Source of the DNA: Acanthaster planci
Lineage: Eukaryota
Length of the DNA: 64,000 nt
Direction: 5' to 3'
Assembly (NCBI RefSeq): GCF_001949145.1
Contig: NW_019091362.1
Coordinates: 1,371,838 to 1,435,837, forward strand
Of this stretch, positions 12,801-26,007 are shown piece by piece. The stretch's first letter is position 1, and each line of letters begins with the position of its first letter. The notes beneath the pieces were generated by a model, which was not told the DNA's origin, ran no database searches, and saw only the letters and a program-made list of their open reading frames with translations. Both the position numbers and the translations under genes were made by a program.

Positions 12801-15800
12801 ACCAAATTCAAACTGAATGATTATATGAAATATTGTACGATGATTTTACAATTAGCATAATCGAGAGATTCAAAGGACATGTTGACAAGAAATTTTGATA
12901 GAACAACAATGGCACTTATTGAGGTAACTAATCCTTCGTGGTGAGGTCTTCATGTTTTTTTCTAAGCCCTTCCCCTATATACGTGTACATGGCTAATTGC
13001 CAACCAAGTTACATCATCAGGTTTGTGGGTTATAAAGTTAACTATGACCATATTGCATTTTAATCCCCCCCTTTCATGTTTCTAAACAACATCCACCAAG
13101 CTTTTTTCCCCCACAATCGGACACACCCATCTGGTGGCATGAGGGCTTGTTGTGACAACTGTAACCCGACATACGCCTAGTGACTCATTGGAAGTTCCTA
13201 TTGCTATAAATAGCAGGGTCGGGTGATCGCAAGCCAAGGGCAAAACTTCTTTGGCGATCCTTGTCCAAATGGATCTGTCTCAGGTCAAGGCAATGCAACC
13301 AATGCTGAAAACACAATAAAACTATTGAAAGTTTGTTAACAGTCCTTGAACTTCAGTCTCCTCACATGGTAAAGGCAACTATCCCCTGATGTGGAATGCA
13401 AGTAGGTTTATTTGAAAACCTTAATGCCCATGAAAAATTGGAAATATTTCGAAAAGCACCAATGTGCAAGAAAGAGTGAACGGCCTGCTTCAGAAAGAAT
13501 TCCTGGGGATGATGAACAGAAGGTGTGGTGGCTGTTTTCAAATCAAATGAGAGACGAAGAAAGTTGACACTGAAAATGAGTGTTTAGCTAAGACCTTATC
13601 ATTTATGAAGGTGGGTTTTGCTTGCACTGTAGCTTCTCTGTAACTGTGTATGCTTAACACATTGAAATGTAGGTGCTGATTATCAAGCACGGTATTTACA
13701 ATGTAGTAAGTAACCATGAGCGGTAAACTCGTCAAAGAATTGCGTGGGGTTTGGTATTTATTCTGTTGTTGCTAGGAGAACAAGCTTAGCCAAATGTTGA
13801 ATATCCGACAAGTTCTGCTCTGATACAACTACCTGTACCATCAACTTCTCAACCAGCCAACCAAAGTTGAGCAGGAAACCCCAAACGAGCTGCCTAGGTG
13901 TCTGCGGAAACCGTGGGTGCTATATAATTTTGCATTCATTACTCCTCTGCCCACGTACTGGAGTCACTCAACTAAGGCTACAAGGGCACAACAAACCCCC
14001 ACAATGAATCACTCCAACAGGGCCACTCACCGTGACACTGAATGGGATGCTTCAACCATGTCCTTAACCATCAACCTTGCAACGATCAGGAACGCTGTTT
14101 ACAGACTTCTAAAATAGAATACTTAGGGGCGTGTTTCAAAGGCTGTGGTGCTGTAGAAAATCTGCAGTACATCTGTACAAATTATTTGCTTCTGAAACAT
14201 ATCGGTATGCATTTTTGTGCAGCTTTCTAAGGGCGTGTTTCTTAAAAACAAAGGAGTGGTATGCTTAGAGCTAATGAAGGAAAAAGTTTCCATAGAGGTC
14301 TTGAAGAGCAAAAGGGATGTCGAAATGCCGTGCAGCTGTGTAGTCACAGAATTGTTTTGTTTTTAAGGTCAAAGAATATATGCTTTTTTCTGATGAATTC
14401 TTCAAACGCTAGGAGAGACCTTCTCTACAGTGTCCACACAACGCAGAAGGGCTTATTGGGCATACAATGACAACTGATTCAAATACTCAGATAAGCCTGA
14501 TCAGAAAATTGTACTTACAGGCTGCAAAAAAGTCGTTTACCTGGTCTGGATGCATCAATTCATTGAAAAGTACCAGTTAACTGTTAGCGAACCACACACA
14601 CTGTTATGTCAGCCCTGAGACTGATGCTGCTATACTGAAATTTTCTCTCTTTTTTTAACATTCACTAGTTATTCACTTTCTGAAACTTTGGAAATAGCTA
14701 CAGAGTATTTCTTGGAAGAAATATCTGTGGCTCTTCTGGCACAAAAGTTTCTTCAATTAATTTGTGTTATGAACAGAAATGGTTTGGTTTCCCAAAATAC
14801 ATGGCAGTTTTTCTGCATTTGACATCTAACAACAGAGCTGACAATTGTACTAGTATTTTGATAATAAAACGGTCAAGAGCAAAACTGATAAATTCCTCTG
14901 TTTAATCAGTGGGGCATTTGGTTAAACATGGTACTAGCAAGTTTTTCAAGGTATCAGCACACAGGGTTAGTGGGTTACTGGATTTTTACTGAAAGTTTAC
15001 AGACCACTGGGCCTCGAAAAGTGTATTTTTAATTGGTCTAGTCAGTGTCCCATCTCGCCACCTGTCCACCTGACCTGAGGACAGGCAGGATGATTCAGAA
15101 CAGGTAGATTTTGCTTGCACAAAATTTACAAACCCCCATTTTTTTTTTCACAAATCTTTAACACTGGCGAATAGATCTTTATATTCCTGCCAAAGTGTTG
15201 GGGACTGTATGGGTATAGATGTTCACACATTTTGCTGGGAATGGACAGGAATTTTAAAGAATTGCCCAAGAAAAGACTGGATTATAAATGAAATGCTTTG
15301 GCCTAGTTCTGGACAAGTTGGGACAATGAATTCTTTGTGCTCAAAATTTGACTCTGCTGCTGATTTAAATAGCTGAACTGTTTGGTACATGTACCTCTTG
15401 ATAAGACTTGGTTTCGAAAAATCAGGATAACCATTGCAATTGTTAGAAAATGATAGAATTAATAGAAGGGAAATGGGGAAATTAAAGCAGAGAGAAAGTA
15501 GAAAGAAATCTCACTCTTGAAAGACTTTGACAAGTTCTGGTCTGCGTGTGACCATCTGGTAGAAACTGATGAACTCTTCTGCATCCAAAGCTTTGGTGAC
15601 GGTCTTCCCTTTAGCATCCTGATGTGTATGTACATCAGCAGTCTTTTTGGGACCGGAGGAGAAAAAAAAGGAAAAAGTTTAACCAATAAGTTGCACTTTT
15701 CAGACAAAAACATACTCAACTTTTGAAATGAAGGGAGTTGAATTCAAACAAAACAGTAATCTGTTACCATGCAACCCTCAAGTTTGGGCAGTGGATGAGT

Positions 15801-17859
15801 CAACATCAGTGGCAGTAAATGTCAAAATTACTGGCAGCATGTGTGGAACTAACGAGATTATTATCTATGACAAAATGATGTAAAGTTGGCACTTGATAAT
15901 GATTTTGTTGCTATAAAAATGGTGGTGTCAAAGTTCTTGAATAAAAGAAGCCACTTCTCAGATAAGACCTTTAAACAACCACTTCAATGGTTAAAGGTTG
16001 CATACAGAGTAACCATTATGGTACCAAGTCAATGGGATGTACATGCAGGCTAACACAACCAGATCTAAATGTAGGTTGGGAGAAATGTTTGTCTAGGGAA
16101 AGGGACGGGCTGCGAAAGCAGAAGTAACGAACAGAAGGAAAAGGGACCCTGCCAAATTTGAGAACTATGATGGTAATACATTAAACATTATAAACAAAGT
16201 CACATTTAACATGCGTCGTAAGAACATTCAAAATTGATTACAAAATTGACAAGTTTGAGAAATACCGCTACACTGAAACAGACACAGCACCAGTGCTTTG
16301 TGTCATTTGAAACATGAAAGAGTTGTGTACATGTACCTCAAAGAGTTTCTTGGCATGATTCTTATCCATCTTGACGTTCATCTTCTTAAGGAGTTTCATA
16401 CACTCCTCAAAGTCCACAGAGCCATCTTGGTTCCTGTCAGCCTTCTCAAAGGTTTCCCGGATCCAGCTTAGGATTGAAACGCGTCAAGGATCAACAAAAA
16501 AGTGAAAACTTTATCACTTGTTAACAACAGGAAAATTAGTTACTGAACTCAAACTACAGGAAGGCATGCACAATGACATGGCCTTCCAGTACACCGCGTA
16601 TTCCCCCTTTCACTCTTTTGTGAGTCCCTGGTAAACAGCCAGCAGGCAATTTTAGGGAAAAAAGTTTAAAGCACAAAAAATTAAAATCAAGTCCCCACAG
16701 GTCATTTCGAGTCACCACAAGTTACCTCGGGTCCTAAGAAGTCATCTCAAGTTCTCAAAACTAATCTCAAGTCACTGTAAGTTACCCGGTATCTCAAGTC
16801 CCCCAATGTCATCTCAAGTCCTAACAAGTAAATCCCAAGTCATCCAGGTTCCAGTCTAAAGCTATTCAGGTGCAAGGAAATTCTTTTCTCTCTTGCCCTT
16901 CTCTGTGCCCTATGACCCCTGACCTCAATTGCCAATTTTGTTTTGGTTCGCAAAGGATACGCGGCCTGTTTGTCTTTGATGTTGAGGTTCTGGGCCTTCT
17001 TCTGGGCCCATCGGAGTCCCTGGGCCCACATGCGAGCATCCTCCTTTGTCGGGGCGACCAGGTTGATGGTGTGGTTCTCCGCCCCAACGATGAGCGCCAG
17101 ACACAGATCCGAGCTGTACTTGGTCTTGACTTTGTTGTTCTTGAAGGTGTCTGTCTCATGGCCTGAGCGCACTTCATGAATGTCCTGAACAGGGACTGGT
17201 AACAGACACAAAGAACGGCATCTTCTTCAGGAATGGGAATTTCATTCAGAGTTCCACAAAATCAATCTAAAAGTTTTAATCATTGTTGGTGAAATTTCCT
17301 CTCCTTGTCCAATCCCCAAAAGAAGTTTAAGTCTTTTGTCCCCTTAAAATTCCCTACTAAATTTTTCTTTATACATGTATTTGGTTAGTTCCTTTACTCA
17401 TACTACATGTAAATGATTAGGAAGATAATAAAAAAGACACGAAAATACTGTCTCCCCTCTCCACCGTAACAAAATCTTTTCATTAGAAGACTCTTTAAAA
17501 ATGTGTTCAGAATGTCCAACATGCCAGGATGTTTCTGTTGGCTGCAGGACTTACTCTTTGATCGGGATGATGTCTTCTTGCTAGGATGGTACTCGAGGGT
17601 AAGCCCATCCTCACTCAGGGCAAAAGAACGGCTGTAGGTTTTGGAGCCATTCTCTCTGATCTTGATGAATTTGGTTCCATTTTGCATGTGCTGCAGTACT
17701 GGATTCACTACAGAAAAAAGGAAAAAATATAGTATCTTCTTTCAAGATCACACAATGTACATAAAAATAAGCAATACTACAAACTGCCGGTCCACCCTCG
17801 GCAAAACTTGCCAAACTCATACCCCTTGATGCTCTGGTACCAGAGCCCATGTCTTCCAT
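814..17859 (-). CDS. PLCD: Phosphoinositide phospholipase C, delta-like (PH, EF-hand, X domain, start of X-Y linker); 3' part lies beyond the left edge
   Basis: Phase-consistent exons 5'->3': 17823-17859 ([12 protein letters not shown]), 17555-17707 and 16961-17195 (PH: ...[13 protein letters not shown]...[18 protein letters not shown]), 16337-16466 (EF hand [21 protein letters not shown]), 15515-15642, 9093-9159, 7177-7270, 5201-5318 ([18 protein letters not shown]), 4095-4180 ([12 protein letters not shown]...RGCRCVE), 3157-3277 (LDCWDG...[11 protein letters not shown]), 2680-2765 ([12 protein letters not shown]), 2452-2534 ([14 protein letters not shown]), 1746-1877 ([10 protein letters not shown]), possible microexon 814-834. 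Both catalytic histidines (SSHNT, YHGHT) are present. The delta class call rests on the architecture and the SDEDEAAE linker motif. Confidence 0.9.
2535..2679 (-). other. U12-type (minor spliceosome) GT-AG intron in PLC X domain
   Basis: Donor GTATCCTTTA; branch site TTCCTTGAC (2549-2557) about 14 nt before the AG; no pyrimidine tract; frame preserved (TFG|NKIY). Confidence 0.9.
5634..5959. mobile_element. Foldback/MITE-like element with nested inverted repeats enclosing a tRNA-like core
   Basis: Ends TTAATGACAGGTTTTGCCCT / AGGGCAAAACCTGTAATTAA. Inner IR pair ACTGTATACTCAGTGCTTGTCCGAGAGCTTGCG / TGCAAGCTCTCAGACAAGCACTGAGTATGCAGT. Core at about 5785-5856 has A-box-like TGGTCAAGTGG and B-box-like GGTTTAAGTCC. 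Confidence 0.7.
8388..8684. mobile_element. Degenerate MITE
   Basis: Terminal inverted repeats CAGGGCCTAATTTCA / TGAATTGGGCACTG. A related end (CAGTGCCCAATTTCA) begins again at 8724. Confidence 0.45.
11362..11418 (-). repeat. Degenerate second copy of the tRNA-like core seen at 5785-5860
   Basis: Reverse complement CCGCTCTAGTAGGCACGAGGTCATAAGTTCAAATCACACCCAAGTTAGCTT aligns by eye to CTGCACTAGTAAGCAGGAGGTCGTGGGTTTAAGTCCCACTCAAGTAAGCTT. Confidence 0.55.
12980..14480 (-). mobile_element. Degenerate tyrosine-recombinase retrotransposon relic (DIRS order, Ngaro-like: YR followed by SGNH-hydrolase-like remnant)
   Basis: Broken minus-strand translation gives RCKVDG*GHG*SIPF...GLLCP, then [12 protein letters not shown] / [15 protein letters not shown] (about 13830-14100), resembling the YR HxxR...GxW motifs. 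Downstream are SGDSCLYHV (GDS at 13378-13386) and [13 protein letters not shown], resembling SGNH blocks I and III. Many stops and frameshifts. Confidence 0.5.
16467..16960 (-). other. U12-type GT-AG intron between the PLC PH and EF-hand exons
   Basis: Donor GTATCCTTTG; branch TCCTTGAC (16483-16490) 16 nt before the 3' end (..cctaag); frame preserved (QAA|WIRE). Confidence 0.9.
16688..16845. repeat. Degenerate short-period (about 10-11 bp) CAAGTC-type tandem repeat
   Basis: Recurring caagtc/aagtca/ctcaagt units. Confidence 0.55.
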
Positions 17860-19369
17860 TGTACCCAGGGTTGGGGATGGAAATGTTGAAGTACTAGTAA
17901 TTGGTTTTCTCAAGCGTTTCAAATTTCTGAAATAAAACAGGCATTATAAATTTCATACCTCCAAAGAGTGTCTGTCCTGAATAATATTTGCCTGTTCTCA
18001 AGGCAGGTAGACAAGTTACCAAATGAGAAAGTGTATAGCACATGTAGGGTTAGATGATGAAAAAAACATACATGTATGCACCACATGTGCGTGCCTGTTT
18101 TTCCAGCCTAAAATTTATGAAACAAGTAATTTACCACACACACTTGTGAAAATATTCAGTATATTACATTACACCACTGAAAACATGAAGTACAATATTG
18201 TACAAATATTGCCTTATGCATGTACATACACCATGTACATGTATCACCCAAAGGTCTCACAAAACCCATCTACCAGCAGTTCAGAGACAAGTACAACAAA
18301 CAGCGTTTCCCTGATCGATTTCTAAATTACCCCGACACGTCTAACTCCACGGGATAACTTATGCAAGGATGGCGCTGGCCAAATTCTGACCTGCTTAATA
18401 TGTTTCCATGGAAACATCTGTGTTATTCATTTCCTTCATTTCCTATCTCTTCCAGCTGAATTTGTATTAACAACTCTCCCTGTGCATTACTCAGCTTCCG
18501 GTGAAGTTCTAAGCCCCTGGGTTAAGGTTTTCTTCCAAGTGCAATGGTGCAGTGCACTGTACAGAAAAGTCCTGCATGTACGTGTACATGTACTTTTTTT
18601 CCATTTGGAACAATTTCATTTAACGGCGCAATAATTTTTTTTCCACTGCTCAAACATGTATAAGCATTACGGCCTTATCTTTCCTGTCTTGCATATCAAG
18701 TTGCAAATTAGTGGAAACGGTTTGACAAAATGCGTACATGCACCTGAAATTCTGCAGTTTGCAACTGAAATATGCTGTTTCTCATGCCTCTGTTACGGAT
18801 TGCCAGGGGTAATGAAGTCATTTATGCTTACATGTATATATAATGCATGGATTCTGTCCTTGACTTTAAAAGCCTTCAATGAAGCACGTTTCAATTAGTG
18901 TGTGCAATTGATTACACTGCTCATTAATTTACTGTGCTGTTCACATGTACATCATGATCGCTTTCAAACCTTGAAGTCTTTAGAATGTTTGCTTATACAT
19001 ATGTAACTGTTCACACAGAGAGTATGGTGCTTCACACAATTCTACTTTCTTTATTCACACCGGTACCAAGTGAGTTCATTCGACAGTGTTATCTAAAAGA
19101 GAGATACCGGTACATGTACTGTACATACACATTAGCCAAACAAAAAGGTTATGCTTCCTACCGGTATTTCCAGACCTACCGGTACCCTACATGGCTGATT
19201 TTGGGAAAATGTAGAAGTATATAGGAAGAAAAAGTTTGTCTACTGTAGTTTGAATGTGGGGCAAAAGGTTCGAGGGAGTCGGGGACTCATGTATGCTCGC
19301 AATTAGTGCACCTTAAAGTGCTGTTCCTTATATTTGAAACAAATGCCACTCGACCTCTCTTGCTTTATT

Positions 19370-19513
19370 TTACATCTGTTAACACCTATACACATGTCAA
19401 TGTGGCTGCGCACTGAATCATTGAAAGGATTACACCTGTTAACACTTACCCGGTAGATACATGTACACATAGATGTACATGTACATGTAGCTGTGCACTG
19501 AATCATTGAAAAG
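19370..19513 (+). repeat. Imperfect tandem duplication of an about 60-bp unit; the second copy is expanded by TACATG repeats
   Basis: TTACA(T/C)CTGTTAACAC...GCTG(C/T)GCACTGAATCATTGAAA occurs twice; the middle of copy 2 is replaced by tacatgtac runs. Confidence 0.7.
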
Positions 19514-21083
19514 AAACAATGCCCTCCTCCCCCCAAAAAATTCCTTGCTACAGGTAAGGGTTTTCAGATGCCATGTGATTGCAAGCAGAACTTTTTTATA
19601 TTTGTGCCTAAGGCATCCCTTTGGAAATAAATCTTAACAGAGCAGGTGAAACAATCAACCCCAATTGAAAATGGTTTCTCTTGGTTTAGTTTTGTTGTCG
19701 CTTTTCATTTCTTAAGGACTGAAGAAATGAGCATTGCGGGCACTCGTTCTTGGTTTCTTTCCTATATGAAATGTTAAAGCCAATTTTTCAAATTCGACTT
19801 TAACAGCTTCGTGTAAAAAGGACTGAAGGAAACATCGCAATAATATTTATCTGACAAGAATATTTGAGTTTGTAGTCTCCATTAATCAAAGGCGACAAAT
19901 AATGACAGGCCTCCGTGCGTGGCACACCAGACCTCAGCTAATGCATGCATCAATGGTAATCTTTTAATTCTAATTTAAACCAAGGCAAAAGGAATACAAA
20001 TATTCAAAGTCCATTTCACATGTTATCAAGGTGAATGATACAGTTATGCAATGCACATAAGATAACATACAATGTGTGACCCTCTTGGAAAAAAGGTCGG
20101 TTCCAAAAGTGAAACATGAGTTAAACTGTAATGTGCATGTCTGGAAAACCAACAGAGTAAGCTTTCATTTTGTGTATGGCAAAGCTTAATATTAGTCCAA
20201 TATGTTCCTTGGAGGTAACTTTTTTTTCCATAATTACTTCTCTGGAGTTCAAATCAATACAAGGGTCAGAAATTTGAGGTCCAATTGTTTTCTGTGTCCT
20301 CGTCACATCTGATGTGTGATTTTGGAACTTTAGAACACTCTCTAATTTCTAAGAGTGGAAAGTAATTTAACTTACATGTAGCTGCGAAACAAGTAGAAAA
20401 AGTGTGAAATCAGTGTCACTGATATTTCCATAGGTCAGGTGTAATAGCCTAGGGACACAAATGCCACACTTTTGGACCCTGACTTTATAGAATGTCCCAC
20501 AACTGAGAAAACAGACTTTGAAAAGGTAAAATCTTACATGTATCCAGACCTACATGTAAGCTTAAATGACTCCCTTTAAATCTCCCTAGCAACCAGCATG
20601 CTCCTTTCAACATTTTTTTCCATAAAACTTGAAACTCCAGAGATCAAGGATGTTACTTCTGCCAACTGAAATTCTACAAGAAATTCCACCCCCTCAACTT
20701 TGAGTCACTTAAACTGCCTTTTAGTGGAACAGGTCACGCACATATGTACCAGTATTTTACTTGACGTGAAGTACATGTACCATATGTACTGTACATTGTA
20801 TAGCCGATATGCCTCAGTTAAATACAAATGTATGCAGTATAAACCCATTTAACATGCCACTCCCTCAAATTCTATTAACAAGCACAGGCCAAAAGCATTA
20901 CAGTCTACGTGTATAAGTACACTGTATGCACACACACGTACTGAGCCGGCTGTTAAGTACATGTACATGTACACCTGTACATGGGCTTGGGAACCTACAT
21001 GTACATGCACTGTACAGTAGACCACATTTAATACTGTACCGGTGAACTCCTCCAGGGCGTTATTACATTTATGCATGTATGTG

Positions 21084-22073
21084 TACAGTACCCAAGGGCA
21101 CTTTTGAGGAATCCTTGGGTTCATTACCAGAAATATAATGATTTTAATGTTCAATGCTGTGTAAGAGGCCATCAGAGTGGTTTTGGCAGAGTAATATTGA
21201 TAGAGTTATTTGTTTTTCATCTCTTGATGGAATTGTTTCACTCCGTTTATTTTCAGCACAAGTCTTACAACAAACAGTACTACAGTATGCCACTGTTACA
21301 CTGTACATGTATATCAACAAATGAAAATGAGTCAGTAATTGGAAAATTACATACATGTATGTACAAAAATTATGTACAGAAAAAAAATTCCTGTTTTGTA
21401 AATGAAGCACTATGACAAAAGTTCTAGAAACAAAAATGTACTTAGTCTTCTTCCAAAAGACGTAAACTTGCTTGTTCTGTTTCATACTTTCTGAACTTGT
21501 CACTGCCAAGTCTGCTTTTCTCAAACAAAAGAAACCTCTTGAGCTTGTGCATACAAATCTGCACTATACCGGTGCATGTACCTGTTCTGAGGATATCTCC
21601 ATCTTCAAATTAAATCTTCCAAATACATGTAACACAAATCATCTTGTTCACTATGATCATAGGTGCAATGGCCTAGAGTTATTTATTTATGCCGGTACAT
21701 GTACATGGCATGTGTGTGCTTAATGTGTGTAACCTTTTTGTACCGTACAGAGAAAATATACCGTACAATGTAAACTATGTGTACATGTACATGTAAGTCC
21801 TTCCCTAGAGAAATTGTATTAAAAGAATAAATAAATGCAGAAATTAGAGTTTGTGCTCTTAACTGCATGTACATGTACATTGTAGATTATCTGAGTACAA
21901 AAACCTCTCGGTTTCAAATGTACATGCAGCAGTACGGTAAAATACACAGTTATTGATCTACCGGTACTATATCAATTACAAGCAGATATCAAAACCACTT
22001 TGATAGCCTCTTACACAGCAATACACATGTAAACCAAACCAAGGGATTCTTTTAAAGTGTCCTAGGCACAGTA
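21084..22073. mobile_element. About 1-kb segment bounded by diverged about 90-100-bp inverted repeats (old non-autonomous DNA transposon?)
   Basis: Left ...CCAAGGGCACTTTTGAGGAATCCTTGG...GCTGTGTAAGAGGCCATCAGAGTGGTTTTG pairs with right CAAAACCACTTTGATAGCCTCTTACACAGC...CCAAGGGATTCTTTTAAAGTGTCCTAGG. Confidence 0.55.
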
Positions 22074-24236
22074 CATGTACATGTAGCTCTCAAGTAAACA
22101 ATGGGATGCAGTTAAAGTGGGGGAAATCCCAGAAAAAAAAACATGTACTGGTACATGTACTCTGAGTAAAACCCAGGGAATCAGGGAGGGACTGAAAACC
22201 CAATCCATCAGGCTCGTGACATCAATACGGTACATGTACATGTACGTTTACAAGTCGTACAGTTCGGGTTTTTTTTCAGGCCAGGTACATGTACCGGTAC
22301 ATACATGTACATGTACATGCATGGTACCAGTACACCTGTAGCGAAGTGGTGAGATACAGAATTAAAAAAGAAAAATTAAAAAAGAAAAAGAAATCTGCCG
22401 ACGTGTTTTTGTTCCTTTACACATCTGAGTTCATTACAAAGCAAACTTAACTGCAGAAAAACATACAATTTCAAATAAATCACTGAATGTACATGTACAT
22501 ATACATGTACATAACTGAAGTGGAAGCAACTTGTTGGTACTGTGTTCATGTGCAGTATTGTGCAATCAGATTACTGCAATACGGGTAACTGATTACTTTT
22601 ATAGGTGAGCTGCACGTAAAAGTATTATGTCATCTCCAGTTTTTGCTGGTTTTCAGGCTCTGTTAGGCTACATGTATTTCACTGGGGGGAAGGACACCTG
22701 GCTCGTTTAGGGTTAGCACCTGTCCAGTACCGAAAACAGCCAGAAAATTAAACGTTTCAGGTGTAGAGAACTCACACCCTCAGTGCCAAGGAAGTGTACT
22801 GTAGCCTAATTGATCACTCTGCTGTTACGTAGCGATACCACATACACTAGTCACAGGCTGAATAATGGTTTGAGCTGAAATTGATTTCTGGAACTCTGAA
22901 TCACACCAAGTTTGATAGCTACAGGTAAGATTACAGGTTTGAGTTTACTAGTATCTCAAAAATTTCTGGGGAAGTGTGAAATTAATAGTGTACTTATGGT
23001 TGGACTTACAGTGTATATGTGAAATTATGCTGATGAAAGTTTCTTCTAGTTCCACGGTATCTCAATTGATCGGAGTTCATGTTTAGAAAGCACAAGTGTT
23101 TTCTAAGTTTTCGATTTTAAGGGTTTCCCGTGTCAATACCCATTCTTTACAAATGTGTAACCATGAACAAAAAAAATTCCCCGTGAATGCATAGGGCCTA
23201 CAACGTGGAGCAGGCTGGGATTGAACTCGGGCTGCAGACATGAAAGGCAAGGAAAGAACCACATGAGGCAAACCCGAATTCCCTCCCTGAAAACATGTAC
23301 CAAATGATATACATGTATACATGTAACCCACTGCACTAATGTGATGATCTGGGTGATTCCATGAGGTTTGGGCACAATTTGTGACGGTGTCCTTGTTACA
23401 TCGGTAACTCTTTCCATCTGCTGTGACCTGTAGAGTAGGTCATTTACTCCGTAAAAATAACATACACCTTTGTATTCAGCCCTGCAAGATGTATAACAAT
23501 GTCAATTTGGAATCCAAACGCAGGGAACCTAGAGCAAGGAACCTTGATGTACATTCAATTACTGCTGGCATGTACACATGTACATGTATACTGTCTGTGT
23601 ACAATTGTACACACTTGTTCCTGACCCAATGAAACAACACAGGAGTTGCTACACCACAGGCACTAACAGAAACACCTGTGTACCTGCTACACAAGGAAAA
23701 TGCAAGACTCGGAACTCCCACAACTTGCGCTGTACCCTTCAGTTTATAGAACAACTTTACGATAAATGAACCCACAAATGCTGTCTCGTTATTTTATAAT
23801 CGGGGATTTTTCTGGCTTCATAAACACAGTGTCTACATGCCAGAAATGTGCAGTGCATCCAAGTAAAGACAGACTACTGAATAAAATCCAATAAGTGATT
23901 CCAGAACTTACTTTTTCTAATGTCCGATACTGCTTCCAACTTGATTGCCTCACAAAGTTTGATGGTTTCGGTTACACTACTGTTTTACAGAACGTACATG
24001 TGTAAGTTCCAGCAGAGAGATCTTATCTGATCAATATTTCCCCAAATACTACCGGCTGACAGAGAATGCACACCGTGTCATTACACGGACAAAATAAATT
24101 AATTATTGCAACTTTGTATCCTGGATCATGCCCCAATAGCAAATAAACAAACAAAACCAACTTGACCATCTGTATGCACACATAAGACAGTCCACAGTTC
24201 AGTTACTGAACTTTTTTAAAACATGATATCCCCTAC

Positions 24237-24252
24237 CTTGATGATCTTCCAT
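24237..24252 (-). CDS. Weak candidate alternative first coding exon of PLC (MEDHQ)
   Basis: AAAACATGGAAGATCATCAAG|gtaggg. The phase-1 donor is compatible with exon 17555-17707; possible acceptor at 24272-24273. Confidence 0.3.
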
Positions 24253-25767
24253 GTTTTCTCAGTTGGAGTGACTGAATAAAATGTTCAAAGCCGGAATGAA
24301 CACGACCTATAAGTATATGTCAGCAACAAACATGTTCTATGGAATACTGATTTCAAGGGCGCGAACCCACATCCTGGAATTATAAATTTGCATCTCAATG
24401 AAGGAAACAAGTGTCAATGCCACTGAATACTGTGGGAGACTTCCATTCATGGCCCTGTGTCTTCACGGTTGCTGATCCCGAGGGAGTTTGCAGGGTAAAA
24501 AGTCAATACCAGTACATACTTTACATGTTCATGTATGAACATGTACACAGTACATACAATAATACACAGTGTTTGTGCAGTACTAATCAATTGTANNNNN
24601 NNNNNNNNNNNNNNNNNNNNNNNNNNNNNNNNNNNNNNNNNNNNNNNNNNNNNNNNNNNNNNNNNNNNNNNNNNNNNNNNNNNNNNNNNNNNNNNNNNNN
24701 NNNNNNNNNNNNNNNNNNNNNNNNNNNNNNNNNNNNNNNGACTGGGGAGGAACCTGAGTGATACACAGTGCGGTAAGTAAGCATTTGAACTACATGGTAT
24801 GCTGCAATGACCTATAGTACAAGTGTGCTGGCACAATGCACCGTTAATTAACTGCCACCTGTACAGTAGCGGTACATGTACATGTACATTCCTACATGTA
24901 CATGTACACTTATATTCCCACGTGTGCCAAATGTACATGTACGTACACACTGTACATGTAATCATGTCCGTGGAGTACATGTACTACACATTGTGAGCAT
25001 GCATATTGATACAAGCACAGGTATACACGTACATGTGCGTGCAGTCACACATGTACATGTACCACATGCCATTGACTTTTTTTCCCTAAAATGATGGTAA
25101 ATTCGGTTTATGTACATGTACTTGTGTAAATACATGTTAATGTACATAAACCGGTATGTAAAGCTGTGAAGTACAACATGTACATGAACAACATGTACAA
25201 ACATTCATTCAGGTAGCCTGGCAACTTTCAAGGGCATTATCCGCACAGATAGATTGATACACTAGGCCTACCAGTACCATTAGTTGTATGGGCAATACTG
25301 CATGTGCAATGTACCCCCGGCCGGGTACACGTACTGTACACGGTGTATGGTACATACATGTACACACATCCTCAGGCTGAGGCTCTGCCGTTTTCTTCAG
25401 AATGGTCAACTTCAAATCAATCTTCTCTCCAGTTTTGACCAAGCACAGTGCATGAAATTGTAACATGCTACCAAATCGTAACACCAAGTAGAGTTCCCGC
25501 ACTGGCCAGGGTACAGCAGTGTTTTAATTCAGTTCATTGAGTTCTGTTTTTCTTGGAAATAATCTTCCTCTTGTGCTACATCCAGAGTGTTTGTAACGTA
25601 ATTGGCTTCACTGTCTGCCATATTATCAGGTTCCATTTATTACTAGGAAGTTGATGTTGACCTTAAGGTAAGCGACATCCATCCACTCAACCGCATGCGG
25701 GAGATGGCTTGCTCAAGGATTGTAAATCAATTCACTCAGGTACACCTGTAAAGAGCTGGAGGGCAAA

Positions 25768-26007
25768 TGTGACCCACTCTGTGAAAGTGAGTCTTAAGTC
25801 ACCAGAGCCACTTTTTGAGTTTTGACAGGGAAAATGAGTTTTTGTTTGATGTATCACTCACTTTGGCATCCTGATGAAAGTGGATACTCCATGGTGACAA
25901 ATGCTGTGGGGTCCTATTGATTTACACTGTGCAAAATTACTCTAAAGGACTTTTTACTCCAAAGTGCATCTGGCGACTTAAGACTCATTTTCACAGAGTG
26001 GGTCACA
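25768..26007. mobile_element. MITE with about 45-bp terminal inverted repeats
   Basis: TGTGACCCACTCTGTGAAAGTGAGTCTTAAGTCACCAGA ... TCTGGCGACTTAAGACTCATTTTCACAGAGTGGGTCACA. Confidence 0.85.

Noticed and set aside
13201..13215. TATA box plus AP-1-like TGACTCA as an intronic promoter
   Set aside because: It falls within the putative decayed retrotransposon coding region, and there is no supporting downstream exon.
23912..23975. Further PLC alternative exon ending in a strong GTAAGT donor
   Set aside because: The phase-1 frame has an upstream stop, no ATG and no convincing compatible acceptor.
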